This document shows positions 1 through 12,500 of a DNA stretch of 34,247 nt, one piece after another. The notes under the pieces were generated by a model. That model was given only the letters and a program-made list of their open reading frames with translations, searched no databases and had not been told where the DNA came from. The translations under genes were made by a program, and so were the position numbers. Location of the stretch: positions 1 to 34,247 of the forward strand of contig JAHLWZ010000129.1 in NCBI GenBank assembly GCA_020536535.1, read 5' to 3'. The DNA comes from Pelomyxa schiedti (taxonomy: Eukaryota; Protista; Evosea). Numbering within the stretch: the stretch's first letter is position 1; every line of letters starts with the position of its first letter.

Positions 1-600
1 AAGCCACATACAGGGAATCCCATTTTTTTCAAGTTTATTGCCGCAGCGCATGGAACATTTCTTAAATGCAACCGCGAGTGGAATTCCTTGTAGAAACGTG
101 AAACCCGTTCTGAAAATACTGGTTCCTCCCACCCGATTGGGAATGTTACAGAGCCAGTAGAGGAGCCTACAAGCAAACCAGCAAATACGCTCAGAAGAAA
201 GATGCAGCCGCGTTCGTGGTCAGGCCTATACTCCCTTTCATACTCGGACCACCAGTGCCGATCAACATAACCCTGCTGTATCATCCACACGAGAATTTCA
301 TCTTTTCGAGCATGGAATGAATTAGAGAAGTAGCAAATTTTGTAGTGCCATACCGGCAATATCTCCTTCCACAAAACCCCATCAGCATCCAGCACAACCA
401 ACCATCTTCAGAATTACACTTTAGAAAAACAAGAATCAAGAGAGTTACAGCATACTTAAAGTAGAGAGTAATTTAATTCTTTTTACTATAGATACACACT
501 TTGTCCTCTCGTTAGCGGGTATAGATTCGATTCGTGCCTTCAAAAAATCGGGAAATTCGGTTGTGGCTGCTATTTCGCGACAGTGCGTCCACAGGTCGGA
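1..600 (-). CDS. Partial intron-containing gene of unknown product, running off the left edge
   Basis: Minus strand shows several short GTATG/GTGTG...AG intron-like segments between coding-like pieces (DLWTHCREIAATTEFPDFLKARIESIPANERTK; WLVVLDADGVLWKEILP; DEILVWMIQQGYVDRHWW). The DxD motif could be HAD or glycosyltransferase; exon phases were not resolved. Confidence 0.35.
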
Positions 601-883
601 GCCTAGTCTTGCAAACTAAATGATGAAGTGGCGTTCAATTGTGATGCAATATGATTACATTATTCCGTAAGTGTTTGCCAGAGGTAAATGTATTTTCATA
701 ATCAATACCAGTGACAACCTTAAACACGCCGCGAAATGCGTACGATACAGCACATAAAAAAATCTGTCGCAACCACACGACAATGTTGTACAATGTGCCT
801 TTCGAGCTGCCTGCACTGTACACGCACGCACGTGCACGCTTGCGCCGACGATGTTGACCAAAAGACAAAAAGGTGATTTGGTA

Positions 884-1033
884 CCGTATGTTGAGAAACC
901 TTCCAACAAACTTTCGTTTTCGGCGACGATCATTTTCGCAGACCATCAGGTGTCGTGGTTTTACGAACTTTTTTTTACCGACGCCGTTTTCGGTAACGAA
1001 AGTTTTCTGGAACGAAGGTTTCCCAACATACGG
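884..1033. mobile_element. MITE (CCGTA-terminal TIRs, TA flanks), internally deleted copy
   Basis: Left end CCGTATGTTGAGAAACCTTC and right end GAAGGTTTCCCAACATACGG are inverted repeats with 1 mismatch; TA at 882-883 and 1034-1035; homologous to 30269-30521. Confidence 0.9.
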
Positions 1034-1426
1034 TATCAGGCGAGAGGTGTCGAGTCAAGCTGTGGGTTGTGCCCGAGGCAGAAAGTTGGAACCAGAAAAT
1101 AAGAGGTAAAAACCAAGAGCACCGCGGTGGGTGTAGCAGCCCCCATCGACGAGAGGTTGGTGTGGTGACTGTTTGTGTGGCTGCAATACACTCTGTATCT
1201 GCATCTGGGCCTGGGTCGACCCAGTCAGCACGATTCGGTACAGATGCAAGTTAACGCCTTTCGTTTATTTTTCTACTGTTATTACCTATGTATTTCTTAA
1301 AAATAAATAAAAGGTTTTTACCTTTTATTTTTTTTACCTATTTCTTATTACTTCACTATTTCTTCCACATTTCCCTTTTCCCTGACTATTTCTCCACCAC
1401 TGCTATCAAAAAAAAAGGAACAATCG

Positions 1427-3043
1427 ATGATGCATCGTAACAGTCAAATAATTGAAAGAGGTGATTTACTGAGTGCTGGGGATCAAGCAGTTGCTCTATT
1501 AATGACCTGTGTGTACTTCCACAAAGTACACGAACTCAGCCTTGCTCGCAAGGCTCTGAAGTTGGCACACTTTAGTGGGATTGGAGAGACTGAGGACTGA
1601 GCCGAATCTGGACTATTACCAGAATGAGACAGCGAAGGTAATGATCAGCACACAGCGCAGCTGGGCACACAAATACAGCAACAACAACGTGGCAGGCGGT
1701 TTTGATTACATGCACACTTGTCTGAGAATCCATTTGAACATCACAGCCTTTTAACCCAATCGCACAACCGCTCTGTGAGATTTTACACACTCCCTTTTTA
1801 CCCCCTTACAACAACAACCAAACAAACAAGAGAACACTCTTTATTCTCTTCACTCTCACTTGTTTTCTTCCTCTGTGGGACTTATTCTCGAGCCCACAGA
1901 AGCTAACACCTGTGGGTGTCTATTTCCTTCTATGACTTGCCATCAAAAAAACAACATAATGAATCACAAACAATACAAAAAAAAACAACAACCAGCAATT
2001 CTGCCCCAGTGTGTATTGCGTGACTTGATCCAATCATGGGTGCTGAAATCATCACGCAGCATCATCCTTGTCATCAGCAGCCCCAATTATGAGACCTTCA
2101 CCAAACTCCACGTTCTCGTTTGTGTGTCACACACCCTCAGTGCAACTGACTCGACACCAAAAGTACTGCGTTTGCACCAGGCCACTGATGCCTTTGGAAA
2201 AGTGCTGTCATTCCTGAGCCCAAGTGCTATGATGTGGAAGGACCTGCAGTCACTGCGTGCTGTGGACACCACTGGCAAGGGGGGGATGTGGAAGTTGGAT
2301 CCTTGCCCTCACTGCCATCAATGGATGGGTACACAGTGCACAACAACAAGTGGCTTGTTGTTTATGGAGCATGGAAATTAATGGTGTGGAGACTGAATCA
2401 GTGCTTCCCTGAAGGTGAACCGGTCAGAGTGTATGTATCTAGAGTCGATGCAGTAAAACAGCACAGGAGCCTGTTTATGACACGAAGCCAGCCAGCTGAT
2501 TGCATTGCAGATGGTGATGAGTTGTGTATTGTTGTCAAGACTTACAAGGGCTGGCACTCCTCCCTCAGGATTGTTGACATCTGCAGGTGCTTCAAATCAC
2601 AGGAACTTGTGGTTACAAAAGTTATGAGAGATTACAAATGGAACTATTCCTCTGTTATGTGTCTCTTGAGTGACAGAGAGAAGACCCTGTTTCTTGTGAC
2701 AAAGCAACTGTTGGTTGGTCACACCACAGTGATTCAGAATGTTGTGTCTGGGGAGCACATAGCTCTCCAAAGTGAAGTGGAACCTGTTGATGAGATGCAC
2801 CACAGCAGAACAGAAGAAAAACCAGGAAAGTGTGGAGTTTTTGAAACAGGCACAAACAAGATTGTGAGGGAGTGGGTGAGGACAAGGAATCCACACTGGG
2901 TCAACAGACTGCTGTTCATCAAGGAGAATGATGGGAGGATAACATGCAGTGATGCACTCTCAGGCACTCCCATTGCCTCATTCTCTGTGCTTGGTGTTCA
3001 GCACCCAACTCTAGAAATTTTTCCCGTCTTATGTGAGGGGTGA
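1427..3043 (+). pseudogene. Tandem family copy 1, uncharacterised protein; frameshift in G-run near 2280
   Basis: Exon 1 MMHRNSQNIERGDLLSAGDQAVALL matches the N-termini of the other copies. After an intron ending ~1995, homology switches from ORF 1860-2381 to ORF 2234-3043 at a 7-G run. Shared motifs SQPADCIADGDELC and GRITCSDALSG. Confidence 0.7.
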
Positions 3044-3125
3044 AAAACGGTTCTTTATTTCATTGATTCATCATCACACATTGTGACACTCCAGCGTGAT
3101 TAGAATTAAAAATTTTTGGGGACAA

Positions 3126-4237
3126 ATGATCGAGTGTGGTGACGATGTCGTGAGGGCGAGAGACCAAGCGGTGGCGCTGTTGGTGGGCCAACATCAACCC
3201 AATCACATCTGTATACATCCCATCATCGCGGGCTTTTTCTTTTTTTTTTTTTTGTTCTGTGACCAACTAAACGCCACGCTCAGTTTCTACGTTGCCACAG
3301 AGTGTGTTGCACGAGTTTATTCGGCCTTGGGTCCTGTGGGCATCGCACCGCGTTGTTCTCGTCATTGGCAACCCCGATTATGGGCACCAGGCCACCCCGT
3401 TCGCGACGATGTATGTCCTCGTCAGTGTGTCCCTCACACTTGGCGTCACTGACGGGACCCCGAGGGTCCTCAAGTCATTCAAGCTGCCAGCAAATGCCCT
3501 GTCATTCCTGGGCCCAGACGTGCCTGTGTGGCGTGACAGGCAATCACTTGTTGCTGTTGACATCACTGGCAAGAGGGGGAGTGTCAACCTGGGGCTTCGC
3601 GATCCCAGGCTGGATTCGGCCTCGTCTGTGGTGCACAACAGAAAGTGGCTGGTTTTGAATGGGAGATACGGGGCACTGACGGTGTGGAGGCTGAACAAGG
3701 GGTTCCCTGAAGGTGCTCCACGTGACCTGGATGTATCTTGCATTGAGGAAAAGAGTGATTACTCTATCGGGAAGCTGTTCCTTACACACAGCCAACCGGT
3801 GGAGTGCATTGCAGATGGCGATGAGCTGTGCATGGTTACAACAAGAGGCTGCCAGTGTCTGGAGTGCCAGAGAGGGAAGAATATTTGTCGAGATCAGGGA
3901 CTTTACTGCACCAGCCACCGTGATCCAGAATGTTACCACTGGAGTGTGCACCAGTCTCCAAGGACATGTTTCACAAGTTGATGACTCCCATTATGTTAAC
4001 ACAACATACCCACTGGGCATTGGGACATGTGGGATTTACCAAACAGGCACCAACATACTGGTGAGGAAGTGGGTGAACGAGGGTAGCAACTTCTGGGCTG
4101 GTGGGCTGATGGTCACCAAAAAGCGTGGTGATGGGAGGATAACATGCTGTGAGGCACTCTCCGGCATTCACGTTGCTTCGTTCTCTGTGCTTGGTGTGGA
4201 GAAAATCGGAATCCACCTTTTTCCACTTAGCTCCTGA
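3126..4237 (+). pseudogene. Tandem family copy 2; 113-nt frameshifting deletion at ~3858
   Basis: MIECGDDVVRARDQAVALL, intron, then LPQSVLHEF...HSQPVECIADGDELC. Lacks the segment 33606-33718 present in the duplicate, which splits it into ORFs 3292-3981 and 3713-4237. Confidence 0.8.
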
Positions 4238-4459
4238 ATCGGGTTGTTTCGGTCAACAGTCCCAACAGTAATCAAAAAGAAAAAATTCTTCTCACAAGCA
4301 CTGTACCAGCTCCCAAGACACAACATCAATTGAAAATTTCTGTGAAATCAACATCACTGAAACGAAGAATTTATGATGTTTCGGGGGTGCGCGCCTTCTT
4401 GACCACTTTTCTCTCTTCTATTGTGGGGAAGCAAGAAAACAAAACAACAAAAACAAACA

Positions 4460-5583
4460 ATGATTGGGTGTGGTGATGACGTGGTGAGAGCGAGAGACCA
4501 AGCCGTAGCGCTTTTGGTGGGCCACACCCATCGTAAACGACGCAATCACTCCGCATTCGTACATCATCCATCACCTCTTTTTTGTAAAATTGTAAACTTT
4601 TTTTTTTTGTTTCATTATATTCGTTCTGCAGCTACACGTGGTTTTTTTTTTTTTTTTTTGGCGTTTAATTTATTTAAATTGTAAAAAAATTAAACCCTCC
4701 CTTAGGTTTTATGTTGCCACAGAGTGTGTTGCATGAGTTTATGCGGTCTTGGGTGCTGTGGACATCGCAACGCATTGTTCTGGTCATTGACAACCCCGAT
4801 CATGGGCTCAAGGCTGCCCCGTCACCCACACTTGGTGTCACTGACGGGACACCGAGAGTTCTCAATTCATTCAAACTACCAGCAAATCCCCTGTCATTCC
4901 TGAGCCAAGCTGTGCCTGTGTTGCGTGATGAGAAATCACTTGTTGCTGTTGACATCACTGGCGAGAGGGAGAATGTAAACCTGGGGGTCTATGAAACCCC
5001 AGTACAGCCCATTTGGTCTGTGGTGTGCAACAAAAAGTGGCTGGTATTTTATGGAAGATACGGGGCACTCACTGTGTGGAGGCTGAACAACGGCTTCCCT
5101 GAAGGTGTTCCACGTGACCTGGATGTATCTCACATTGAGGCACAGAGTGGTCGGCACACCCTGAGGCTGTTCATGACACACAGCAGGCTGGTTGAGAGCA
5201 TTGCAGATGGTGATGAGCTGTGTGTGGCTATAACCAATGGCTGCAACTACGGCCTCAGGATCATAGACATCCAGAGGTCCTTTGATTCTGGGGCCCTGAC
5301 TGTGGATACCAAGGAAATTAATGTTGATTCCACACTGACGAAGTTTATGGTCAACAACGTTTGGATCAACAGAGAGAGAAAGATGTTTGTCAAGCTCAAG
5401 AACCTTTCTCCAACAAACACAGTGATCCAGGATGTCACCACTGGGGAGAGTATCACTCTCCAAGCAAAGGCAAATGTTTCACGAGTTGATGACTCCCACT
5501 ATGCCAAATACATTGCCACCAAGTGTGGGATTTACCAAACGGTGAGCTCAACTTGGGTGTTGTTCTCACGCGAAAATCGTTAG
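4460..5583 (+). CDS. Tandem family copy 3; lacks family C-terminus, possibly spliced onto copy 4
   Basis: MIGCGDDVVRARDQAVALL exon, intron to ~4705, ORF 4711-5583 with ESIADGDELC; homology stops at GIYQT (5541). Confidence 0.7.
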
Positions 5584-5601
5584 GTGTATGTGAAACCAAA
5601 A

Positions 5602-6819
5602 ATGATCAATGTGGTGGGTCGTGGGGATGGAGTTGGACCACCAGTGACAGCACAACGACAGGCACTTGCATTATTGTGCTGCTACAACCAACCTCAGTCC
5701 CCCCTCAGTCTCGGAAACCCACCAACATCATCATCACCGCTGCGCGCTGTCCCACAATCGATTCTGCGCGACATCGCGCAGGCTTGGGTGCTGCCCACCG
5801 ACCGACGCGTCGTCCTCGTCATCACCAACAACCAAAAGCACGACGACGTCATTCGCGGAAAACACCCCTTCGTGACCATGTTTGTTGCGATCGGGGTCTC
5901 TTTCACTCTGGGAATCACACAAGGGCCGTCGGTCACATGGTCAGGAATGTCTTGGGAGGTTGCCCTTGGGTTCCTCAGCCAAACCGCGGTGATGTGGTTC
6001 CATTGTGACTCTCCTCTGTGCGTGACTGACCTCAGTAGTGGCTCCACTTGTGAATTGGTTCCAAGTGGCGTGAGGTCTGTGGTTCACAACTCGAAGTGGC
6101 TGGTTGTTTCGTGCAGGAGGGAGACACTCAGGATATGGAAGTTGAACCAGAGCCTCCGCGAGGGAGAACCTCTGGAACTGAATATCGTTGGTCTGAGGAA
6201 ACTGTGCTGGTTCGCAATCCCAACCGTGTTCCTGACACACAGCCAGCCAGTCGAATGCATTGCAGAGGGTGATGAGTTGTGCATTGCTACAGACGAGCGT
6301 GATCACTGCTGCCTGAGGATTGTTGATATCAGTAAGTGCTATGAAACAAGAGAGCTCGTGGTCACCAGGCAGTATTCCACTCCCAGGAATGCATCCAGGG
6401 GTTCTGGAGAGACGATAATTGGTGTGATGAGTGACCGTAATGGTGGCTTGCATGTTGCTTTCCAGGTGTCAGGAATCTCATCCACCGTGATTCATGATGT
6501 AGCCACTGGTCAAAGCACTGTTCTGCCTGCCGCCAATAGCATCGTATCAGTTGATTCTGCTCACTTTGGTATCAACCATTATCTTCCTAAAGGAAACGAG
6601 AAACCAGCTGCAAAAAATGGAATCTACGAAATAGGCTCAAACGAGATTGTGAGGGAATGGGTGGGAAACGCAGACAGGCACTGGGGAGGTGGGCTCCTGT
6701 TCACAAAAGAGGATGATGGGATGATAACGTGCAGTGAGGCAATCTCTGGAATCCACATTGTGTCGTTCTCTGTGTGTTCTGACAACTTCAGAGTTTCGCA
6801 CCCTTTTTCCATCTCGTGA
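5602..6819 (+). CDS. Tandem family copy 4, intact and apparently intronless uncharacterised protein
   Basis: Open frame containing all family motifs (AQRQALALL, VPQSILRDIAQAWVL, HNSKWLVV, HSQPVECIAEGDELC, GMITCSEAISGIHIVSFSV). Confidence 0.85.
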   Translation: MINVVGRGDGVGPPVTAQRQALALLCCYNQPQSPLSLGNPPTSSSPLRAVPQSILRDIAQAWVLPTDRRVVLVITNNQKHDDVIRGKHPFVTMFVAIGVSFTLGITQGPSVTWSGMSWEVALGFLSQTAVMWFHCDSPLCVTDLSSGSTCELVPSGVRSVVHNSKWLVVSCRRETLRIWKLNQSLREGEPLELNIVGLRKLCWFAIPTVFLTHSQPVECIAEGDELCIATDERDHCCLRIVDISKCYETRELVVTRQYSTPRNASRGSGETIIGVMSDRNGGLHVAFQVSGISSTVIHDVATGQSTVLPAANSIVSVDSAHFGINHYLPKGNEKPAAKNGIYEIGSNEIVREWVGNADRHWGGGLLFTKEDDGMITCSEAISGIHIVSFSVCSDNFRVSHPFSIS

Positions 6820-7090
6820 GGTTGTAAATTTCTGGCATCATTCCCCTGCGCCACTGCTTTATAACCCCAGGAAAATGTGTTTGTTACTCTTGTCTTTGTT
6901 TTTAAGAGAATGGGACGGTGGCGCCTAGACTGATGTATACCTGGTTTAAGGTACCAGGTACACTCCTCCAAGCACACACTCCCAAACAAGACTGGTTCAA
7001 GAAAACAAAGTTTCTTGGCATTTTGTATGTATTATCCAACACAATAAACAGGTTGATTGGGTGTGCAGAGGGAAGTACATCTGAGGATCC

Positions 7091-9278
7091 TCAGACCCTG
7101 CAGTATGACGACGACTTGGAGTCGCTGCCGCTGTCATCTGGTGGTGTGCTGCTGCGCTTCTGTTTGCTCTTCTTGTTGCTGCTACCGGCGGTGGTGCCGC
7201 TCGTGATTATGGGCTTAGTCTTGCGGTGGTGGTGACGGTGATGGTGGCGATGGTGATGGCGTTCCCTGACTTTTTTGCTGGTGCTACTGCTGCTGGTGCT
7301 TTTGCTGCCGTCGTCACTGGAAGCAGGGGAATCGTCTTCCGATGATGATTGTGGTGGCTTCTGCTTTGGTGACTTGTGTTTATTGTTGAGGGTGTCCATC
7401 TCGATGTCTGCTATTGTGCCTTTGTTGGTTGCGGGATCGGGGTTTTTTGTGTCCTTATGGGACAGTGAAGGAGTGAGCGCGGTGTAGTCGACGACTTCCT
7501 GGAGCATCTCGGTAACTTTCTCGTTTTGTTTGGTGAGATCTTCTAGCAGAGCATCCAGGCCACCTGAGGACAAGCGTTAATTCATTGTGGGACGGATACA
7601 AAAAACTAAAAAATAGAGCGGTACCTTTCTCGTCAATCTCCTGTTTTTTCTTGGCCTTTTCTTTGATAGCTCGTTGTTCGTGCCAAATCTAATAAAACAA
7701 TGTTCGAAATTCAAATGCAAAAAAAGAAAGCCATACATCGGAAAAGTTCGACGCGAAAATACCTATAGGAAATGCCAGGGACTACAAACAAAGTTAAATG
7801 CATGAATAAATAAAAGAGCACATACTACAACACCGCCAAGCATAGTGATTGCACCAACAGTTTTCCCCAGTTCGGTTTCTTAGTAAGGGTCAGAATAGAA
7901 AGGTTTGGAAAAGATTACAAACTTGGATAGGTATCACCATATCCAACAGTGGTGACTGTCACAATACACCTTAGATTGGTCACATTTTTTTCACAAAATA
8001 GGTGATAACCTACCACCAATACGTGCCGATAATGGATTGGTACGGACTGCAGCGAAAAGGTGTAAGAAAGCAAAAGGTATTGTATCTTGAGTTACCTTTT
8101 ACCTTGGCCTGGATCGTACTTGGTCTTGTAAACCCAGGCGCCGTCATAAAACTCACACCCAAGCCCTTCCAGGTAATACATCAAACTGAGAAATTGTTAA
8201 GAAGGAATTAGACATGTCTGTGTACCTTGAAAATAGTGTCAGCTCAATGAAAAGGAGATTGAGCAACAACATTGAAGTGGACTTGCTTCTTTGGGCAGTA
8301 ATTTTTATAATCTATATTGTGATGAGGAATTGCAGAAAGACTGGGTTACCAACAATGAGAGTGTCTGAATAAGAGCCTATCTTCAGTACTCGAAATATTC
8401 GAACTAACCGAATGACTCGAAGTACTGCAAGCTGACTGATGGAGCTCCCAATTATGAGTTCAATGTAGTAGGGGATGATAACTACAAAAAAAAGGGGTGA
8501 GGAACGTAATTACCAAAAGGGTTTTCATACCAATGAAGTCAATTATCGCCATGGGCTCTTCAGGAAAAAATGAGAGACGTACAAGAAACAGGATGCATAC
8601 CAATGAGGAATCCCGCCGACGGAGCAGAGCAGACTTTTAGGATGTACTCCAGAGTGAAAACCTGGGAAAAGTGAGTGGCGAATTAACACGTAATTTGCAC
8701 GCACTGCAATACACCCAGCTTCTATTCCAATTCTATCAAAAGAAAGTGCGTTAACACAAGTTTAAGAAAGAGGGAGCACGAACAATGATTTGGGCATTTC
8801 TGTGTGATGAATTAGAAACGATTTAGGAGAGTATTACAGGAAAACCTTCGTAGTACTCTGGCTCGGAACTGACGATGAAAGAAATTGTTGAAATGATAAT
8901 TACAAGGACAACGAACATGGCAACAAACATAGCCTGTAAGAAAGAACCAGTGGTACATTACTTTGGAAAAACGCGGTGCTATGGGAGGAAGATTTACCAG
9001 TTTGGAAAAAGTGTGGTCAGTAAGTGTTAGCCAAATATATTCCCTCACTTTCTGTATTCTTTTTGCCACAGCCCATTTGCCACTATCAGGTTTAGCAATG
9101 AGCCACGCTTTTGTGAACGGTATTTTGTCACTTGCATTTCTTTCTGCCTCTTTTCTGGCCTCTTCCTTAATGTCCTTTACCCCTTCCTATCTACAAGGTT
9201 ACAAAAAAAAAAGTCGAAAAAGAGCCCAAAAAAAGCGTTGATAAGAGGAACCTCAATTTCAGTTTGGAGTTTTGACAT
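7091..9278 (-). CDS. Voltage-gated K+ channel, 6-TM Kv-like, multi-exon
   Basis: Pore signature CIVTVTTVGYGDTYP (~7927-7970); S4 LAVLRVIRLVRIFRVLKIGSY (~8375-8435); S2 IEAGCIAVFTLEYILK; S3 IIDFI...PYYIEL; C-terminal helical segment and Ser/His-rich tail. Confidence 0.93.
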
Positions 9279-9518
9279 CGTTTACCGGTTGTAGTGGTAC
9301 GTCGCCCCGTTGTGTTGGTCACAATTCTGTGCTTTTTTGTTTTGTTTTCTATTCGGGGAATTTAAGAGTTTCTTGTGCTTGGATTAACGTAAACGATGAA
9401 AAAAATCTCGAAGAATTTGTTTCGTATTGATCTGGAAAAAGTTTGATTTTCAAGTGCCGAGAAGTTCTTGTGTGGTGATACATGGAATGGTGATAGAGTT
9501 TGTTTGTGTGGCACGGAA

Positions 9519-12500
9519 TCAAGTGTACTGCCTCTTGATTTCCTCGTCGGCCCATATGGCTGTTGAGCTAACAAAATCCGGCATCTTAGCAAGCACCGCT
9601 GTGTTTTGTTAGTGATTAGGGTGGAAAGGATTGTGTGCAGAATAAATAGGGAGAAGGATTCAGGGTGCTGAATTATGCGGAAGTGTTGCGGAAAGAGTTG
9701 CCGTATGTTTTTTTTTGTTGTCTGGTTGTTGCCGGTATTTGTTTGTGATTGCCAGTTATTGTTTGGGGAAAGGGAATATACATCCGCCGAACCACGCTAG
9801 ATACTTTCGGTTATGTGGCGCAATGCACTTGACATTTCTCCTTCTCAGATTTCCTTTATTGATTCCCACAAAGACCTCCTTCTCGAGCCTCTCTTCAAAT
9901 CCTTTGGATGAAGCTATTAGAGAGCTATAAAATTACATTGCAGCCAACCTTGGAAGAGGGTAGAGCCACCAACTAAAACTATGTGGGAGAGCAACTCCTT
10001 TCTGTAGTCAATAGGGCACCTGTTGACACAGTCACAAAGACTGGTATGTATTCCTGGTACATCGAGACCAATGTCGTTTGGCTTAAAGAGAACCTAAGAG
10101 GAGACTAAGTAAGGCTAATGGCGCGTTAGCAGTAGAACCTCAGGACACAAAAATCTTTCCTGACCAACTGTTACAACTTTACCGTCTGGGAGAGTGTAAT
10201 TCATCAAAATTTCACGCTCCTTTCTAGCTAGTTCTTTTTCTGGTTCAAGAGCAACATAGCATACAGACTCCTTTAATTTCCGCACTGTGTCTGTTTGCTG
10301 AGAGCAGGTGAGTAGAGAGACAACGATTATGTGAGCTGAAACCATTGCACTGGCCATATTGAAGAAATAGCCTTTTCTCGTCAACAATCGGGCCATATGC
10401 TCTGTAAGTCCGGCCACTCCTCGCTTTAATTTATAAACGGCTTCTTCAATAACATGTCCGTCAATTACTGGTACAATTTGGAGTCTGTACAATTTAAGAA
10501 TGACAATGAGCCAAAGGTACTGACCTATTGCCGCAGTCTACAACAAGGCCAGTAAAAAGCCCCAGGGAGTACAAACTTAACACAGCCGGGTTGGCAATGT
10601 GCAAAGCTGGCACACACAAGTTGTTGAAGAATACATCTGTCATTTCTTCACGTGACTTAGCACTCATATTAGGTAATTCCGTCAGCAACATCTATATAAA
10701 GGTTAAGAGATTTCATCGGGAGCTATTGATGCACACAGGATGCGCTGTGGGGTCAATACCAAGCTCTTCAAGGAAAGTATGTTCCTGAACTCCTTGTTGG
10801 TTGGTACTTTAAAAAGTTGAAGAGAGTACCCATATTTCACCAATTCCTTCCCAGTCTACGTCACTCCGAGGATCAACAGGGCAAGTTACCTTGAGCTTAT
10901 CCCTTCGTGGCATAAGTGGAGTGTTAGGGGAGTCGGCATAAATACTTTTTGAGAGCATTGGGTCCAACGAAAATATAGTCGTCTAAGATTTGGGGTTAGC
11001 TACGTCTCGGGCAGGTCGAGTATTACCTTCATAACCAACAATAGTTGGCACCAAACACCGAGGAATATCCTCTCCTGCTACTCCACCCTGTTGTGTTTGT
11101 TTGTGAGTGAAAACTTATCTAGGTTTCTTCGATCAGACCTTGACATAGCTGCTGCCGGTATCGACAACAATGGGAGTCATTCTTGGGACTGTAATTTGTT
11201 AATATGGAGAATTAAAGAAACCATATCAACCTGCTTTCCGAGGCACTCTCACTTGTGCAGCATGAGTGCTCTGAAGTAGTTAAAACCAAATTAAGGATCT
11301 TTTTGTCATACAGGAACAAGGCCTCCTTCATTTTGAAAGACGGATGCTGCACCTACAGTGCCTGGCTTCTTGAAAGCTGCTAGAGAAGACGTTCGGTTCA
11401 GCCCGCGGCCGAGTGCTGGTCTGGATGGAGGAAGGGCGTTGAATGCGGCAAGAGCGGATGCCTTAGGAGTTGGGGTAGGTGAGGGAGTGGAGGTTGTGGG
11501 AGGTGCTCTTGAAGCAGTTTCAGGAGAAGTCGTTGAAGTAGTGGAAGAGGTTTCTGAAGTAGAAGCGGTTTCTGTGGAAGTGACTGAAGAACTCGGAGTT
11601 CCGATTGCCGGGGGTTCTTCTGCCGTAACAGCAGGCGATTGGGAAGGAGAAGGTGTAGGTGACGCCGCAGGGGTGGTAAGATCCGGAGTCTCAGGTGGTG
11701 ATGGCAGCGGCTGTGTGGGGGTGACCTTTGGTGGGTGAGCGGCTGAAGGGGGAGGTGGTGGCGTTGGCTTGGAAGGTGGAGGGGGTGGCACCGCTTTTGG
11801 TGGAGGCGGTGGCATTGGCTTGGAAGGTGGAGCTGGCCTAAGGGTGTTCAGTGGAGCACTAGAATCCTCTTCCGGATGTGGCATTTTTGGTGGGGGTGGT
11901 GGAGGCTTAACCGAAGGTGGAGGGTGGTGGCTACCTGATTGGTCTGCATCCGCAGGCTGTGAAGGGGATTCCACCTGAGGAGTCTCCACGTGTGGGACTG
12001 CTTGTTCCGCGTCCCCAGTTGGTTTTACAGCTGTGACGGAAGAAGAAGAAGACTTCCGCAGAAGCAGTTGATTTGGTTTTGGAGGAGGAGGCTGAGTGTG
12101 CTTTGGTGGTGGTGGCGGAGGCTTATTTGGTGTTTGATGTACCGCGGTATTTGGCGTTACAGGGGGTGCTGCAGGTGATGGTGTAGGTGTAGAATCGACC
12201 GGGGCTGTCGGAATTGCAGGAGGTGGCAAGACGGGAAGATCCTTCCTGGAGTGTTTGTGAGGTGCTTTTGGGTGGTGATGCTTTGAGTGGGGCTTATGTG
12301 ATTGATCTGCACTTGGTTCTGCAGCTTGCTCTTGTTTTACCGGCTCCACAGGTGCTACGTCCTGCTGCTGTAATACAGTTCCTTTAATCACTTCGGGCTC
12401 TTTAGGGGTAATTGCCTCAGCCGGCTCGATTTTAGGTTTTTCTGGCTCCTGTTCAGCCTGGGGTTCCTTTACCACCACAGGCTCCTCCTTCAATTCCTGC

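Noticed and set aside
1195-1250. Hairpin TGCATCTG...CTGGGTCGACCCAG...CAGATGCA
   Set aside because: Short, with no promoter element or family motif; insufficient support for an ncRNA.
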